From: an uncultured bacterium
Lineage (GTDB): Bacteria; Patescibacteriota; Minisyncoccia; Phycocordibacterales; PALSA-1337
Reading direction: 5' to 3'
Assembly: GCA_903900935.1 (NCBI GenBank)
Contig: CAIUOX010000033.1
Location: 1-61,354 of the forward strand
DNA: 61,354 nt
The position numbers were made by a program, and so were the translations under genes. The notes under the pieces are model-generated. The model saw only the letters and a list, made by a program, of their open reading frames with translations, ran no database searches and had not been told where the DNA came from. Shown one piece after another: positions 60,595-61,354 of the stretch (position 1 is its first letter; every line of letters starts with the position of its first letter).

Positions 60595-61354
60595 TTAGTG
60601 CGTACTGACATATTTTTGGGTAATTGGCCCAAAATATCCTGTTGCTGGAATACCATGTCCTCTCTGAAATTTTATTAGAGCTTTTTTTGTTAATGAACCG
60701 AATATAGTAGTCTCATGTCCTATAGAACCAGGACCAATAGTTGCAATTATATAGGCATGATTATTCAAATATTGTTGCAAAATTTTGACATCAGATCCAA
60801 TATCGCCTATTTGTAAATATCTATAAAACTTTGTAGAGGTTGCTGAAATAGTACTCGAGCCAGTGTTATTTTCAGTTTTGATTGTAGTAGATGCAGTACA
60901 GAAGTAACCCGTGGAACAATTTTGAATCAGTGATTTCATAGGTAAGGTAAATGTTGTTGAAAGAATCATTCCACTACCAGAAGAGAAAGTTGGTGGAGTA
61001 ATAGGTAATACTACTGGAGTATCTGTGCATACTGGTGAAGGTCCACCAATAAAACAGCCATTATTCAATGAAGAGAATGTGGTTGTATCATTTGATATAG
61101 ACCCACTTACATTTACTCTTGCTCCATCAGCCAACACAGTCCAGTCAGAGTCTGTAAAATCACGAGTAGTAGTTAAATTTATTGGATAACGACGAGTTTT
61201 TGTGAGAGTAATAGTACCAGAGTTTCCAGATAGATCACCATTGAATGTAGCACTTTTAGTAATTGTTCCAAAATTAGTACTAGAATTATTGAATGTAGCA
61301 TTACCATAGATATTACCACCATTACTACTAGTATCATTAAAAATAGTATTTCCA
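60595..61354 (-). CDS. partial (5'-truncated by the window edge) secreted or surface protein with Asn/Gly/Thr-rich repeats and a C-terminal peptidoglycan-binding domain
   Basis: The reading frame stays open upstream of the annotated GTG through position 61354 (…GNTIFNDTSSNGGNIYGNATFNNSSTNFGTITKSATFNGDLSGNSGTI…). The C-terminus GSDVKILQQYLN...FGSLTKKALIKFQRGHGIPATGYFGPIT matches the PG_binding_1 pattern. Confidence 0.65.
   Translation of the reverse strand, partial: GNTIFNDTSSNGGNIYGNATFNNSSTNFGTITKSATFNGDLSGNSGTITLTKTRRYPINLTTTRDFTDSDWTVLADGARVNVSGSISNDTTTFSSLNNGCFIGGPSPVCTDTPVVLPITPPTFSSGSGMILSTTFTLPMKSLIQNCSTGYFCTASTTIKTENNTGSSTISATSTKFYRYLQIGDIGSDVKILQQYLNNHAYIIATIGPGSIGHETTIFGSLTKKALIKFQRGHGIPATGYFGPITQKYVSTH

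Noticed and set aside
1-61354. Scanned for CRISPR arrays, rRNA genes, integrases or recombinases, intact IS elements and prophage blocks.
   Set aside because: No regularly spaced direct repeats, no rRNA-like sequence and no integrase or intact transposase ORFs were seen. Only one degenerate transposase fragment (8843-9301) was found.

Overview
AT-rich, gene-dense chromosomal segment of about 61 kb, with most genes on the + strand. It reads like a reduced-genome bacterium, plausibly Candidate Phyla Radiation / Patescibacteria (Parcubacteria-like). That placement is inference from sigma-region-4/HARE-HTH proteins, domain-trimmed housekeeping enzymes (620-aa AlaRS, 412-aa UvrC, Zn-finger-less DnaJ), a split transketolase and the near absence of Shine-Dalgarno sequences. 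The standard bacterial code fits: long conserved ORFs are intact, and TGA is used, rarely, as a stop. Content: cysteine desulfurase; an SOS-box promoter driving a small ORF plus lexA; a full pentose-phosphate set (gnd, pgl, zwf, rpiB, rpe, split tkt); gap; pyrD; uvrB, uvrA and a short uvrC; ddl; tRNA-Ala(UGC); one histidine kinase and several receiver proteins; ychF, leuS, alaS, trpS, mnmA, mltG; the infA-rpmJ-rpsM-rpsK-rpsD-rpoA-rplQ and rplM-rpsI clusters; a grpE ... dnaK ... dnaJ-like chaperone locus; scpA; and a partial surface protein. No rRNA, CRISPR array or intact mobile element was seen. Observations most worth a second look: (1) a complete Nudix-hydrolase domain embedded in-frame inside leucyl-tRNA synthetase; (2) an 846-aa SF2 helicase ending in a sigma-70 region-4-like HTH, plus a small ORF, wedged between grpE and dnaK; (3) a GC-rich palindromic 14-mer (GAGGTCAGACCTCG) present three times, twice inside a coding region, alongside other GC-rich hairpin insertions (in mnmA, between rpe and tkt); (4) at least 15 genes whose ATG lies 6-8 nt after a (TGn)TATAAT-like -10 box, implying widespread leaderless mRNAs; (5) a Cheo-type LexA box exactly filling a promoter spacer upstream of a 66-aa ORF co-transcribed with lexA; (6) decayed accessory genes (MazF-like toxin with in-frame TGA, DUF3800, alpha/beta hydrolase, IS5-like transposase relic). 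All homology calls rest on motif recognition by eye; no database search was run.
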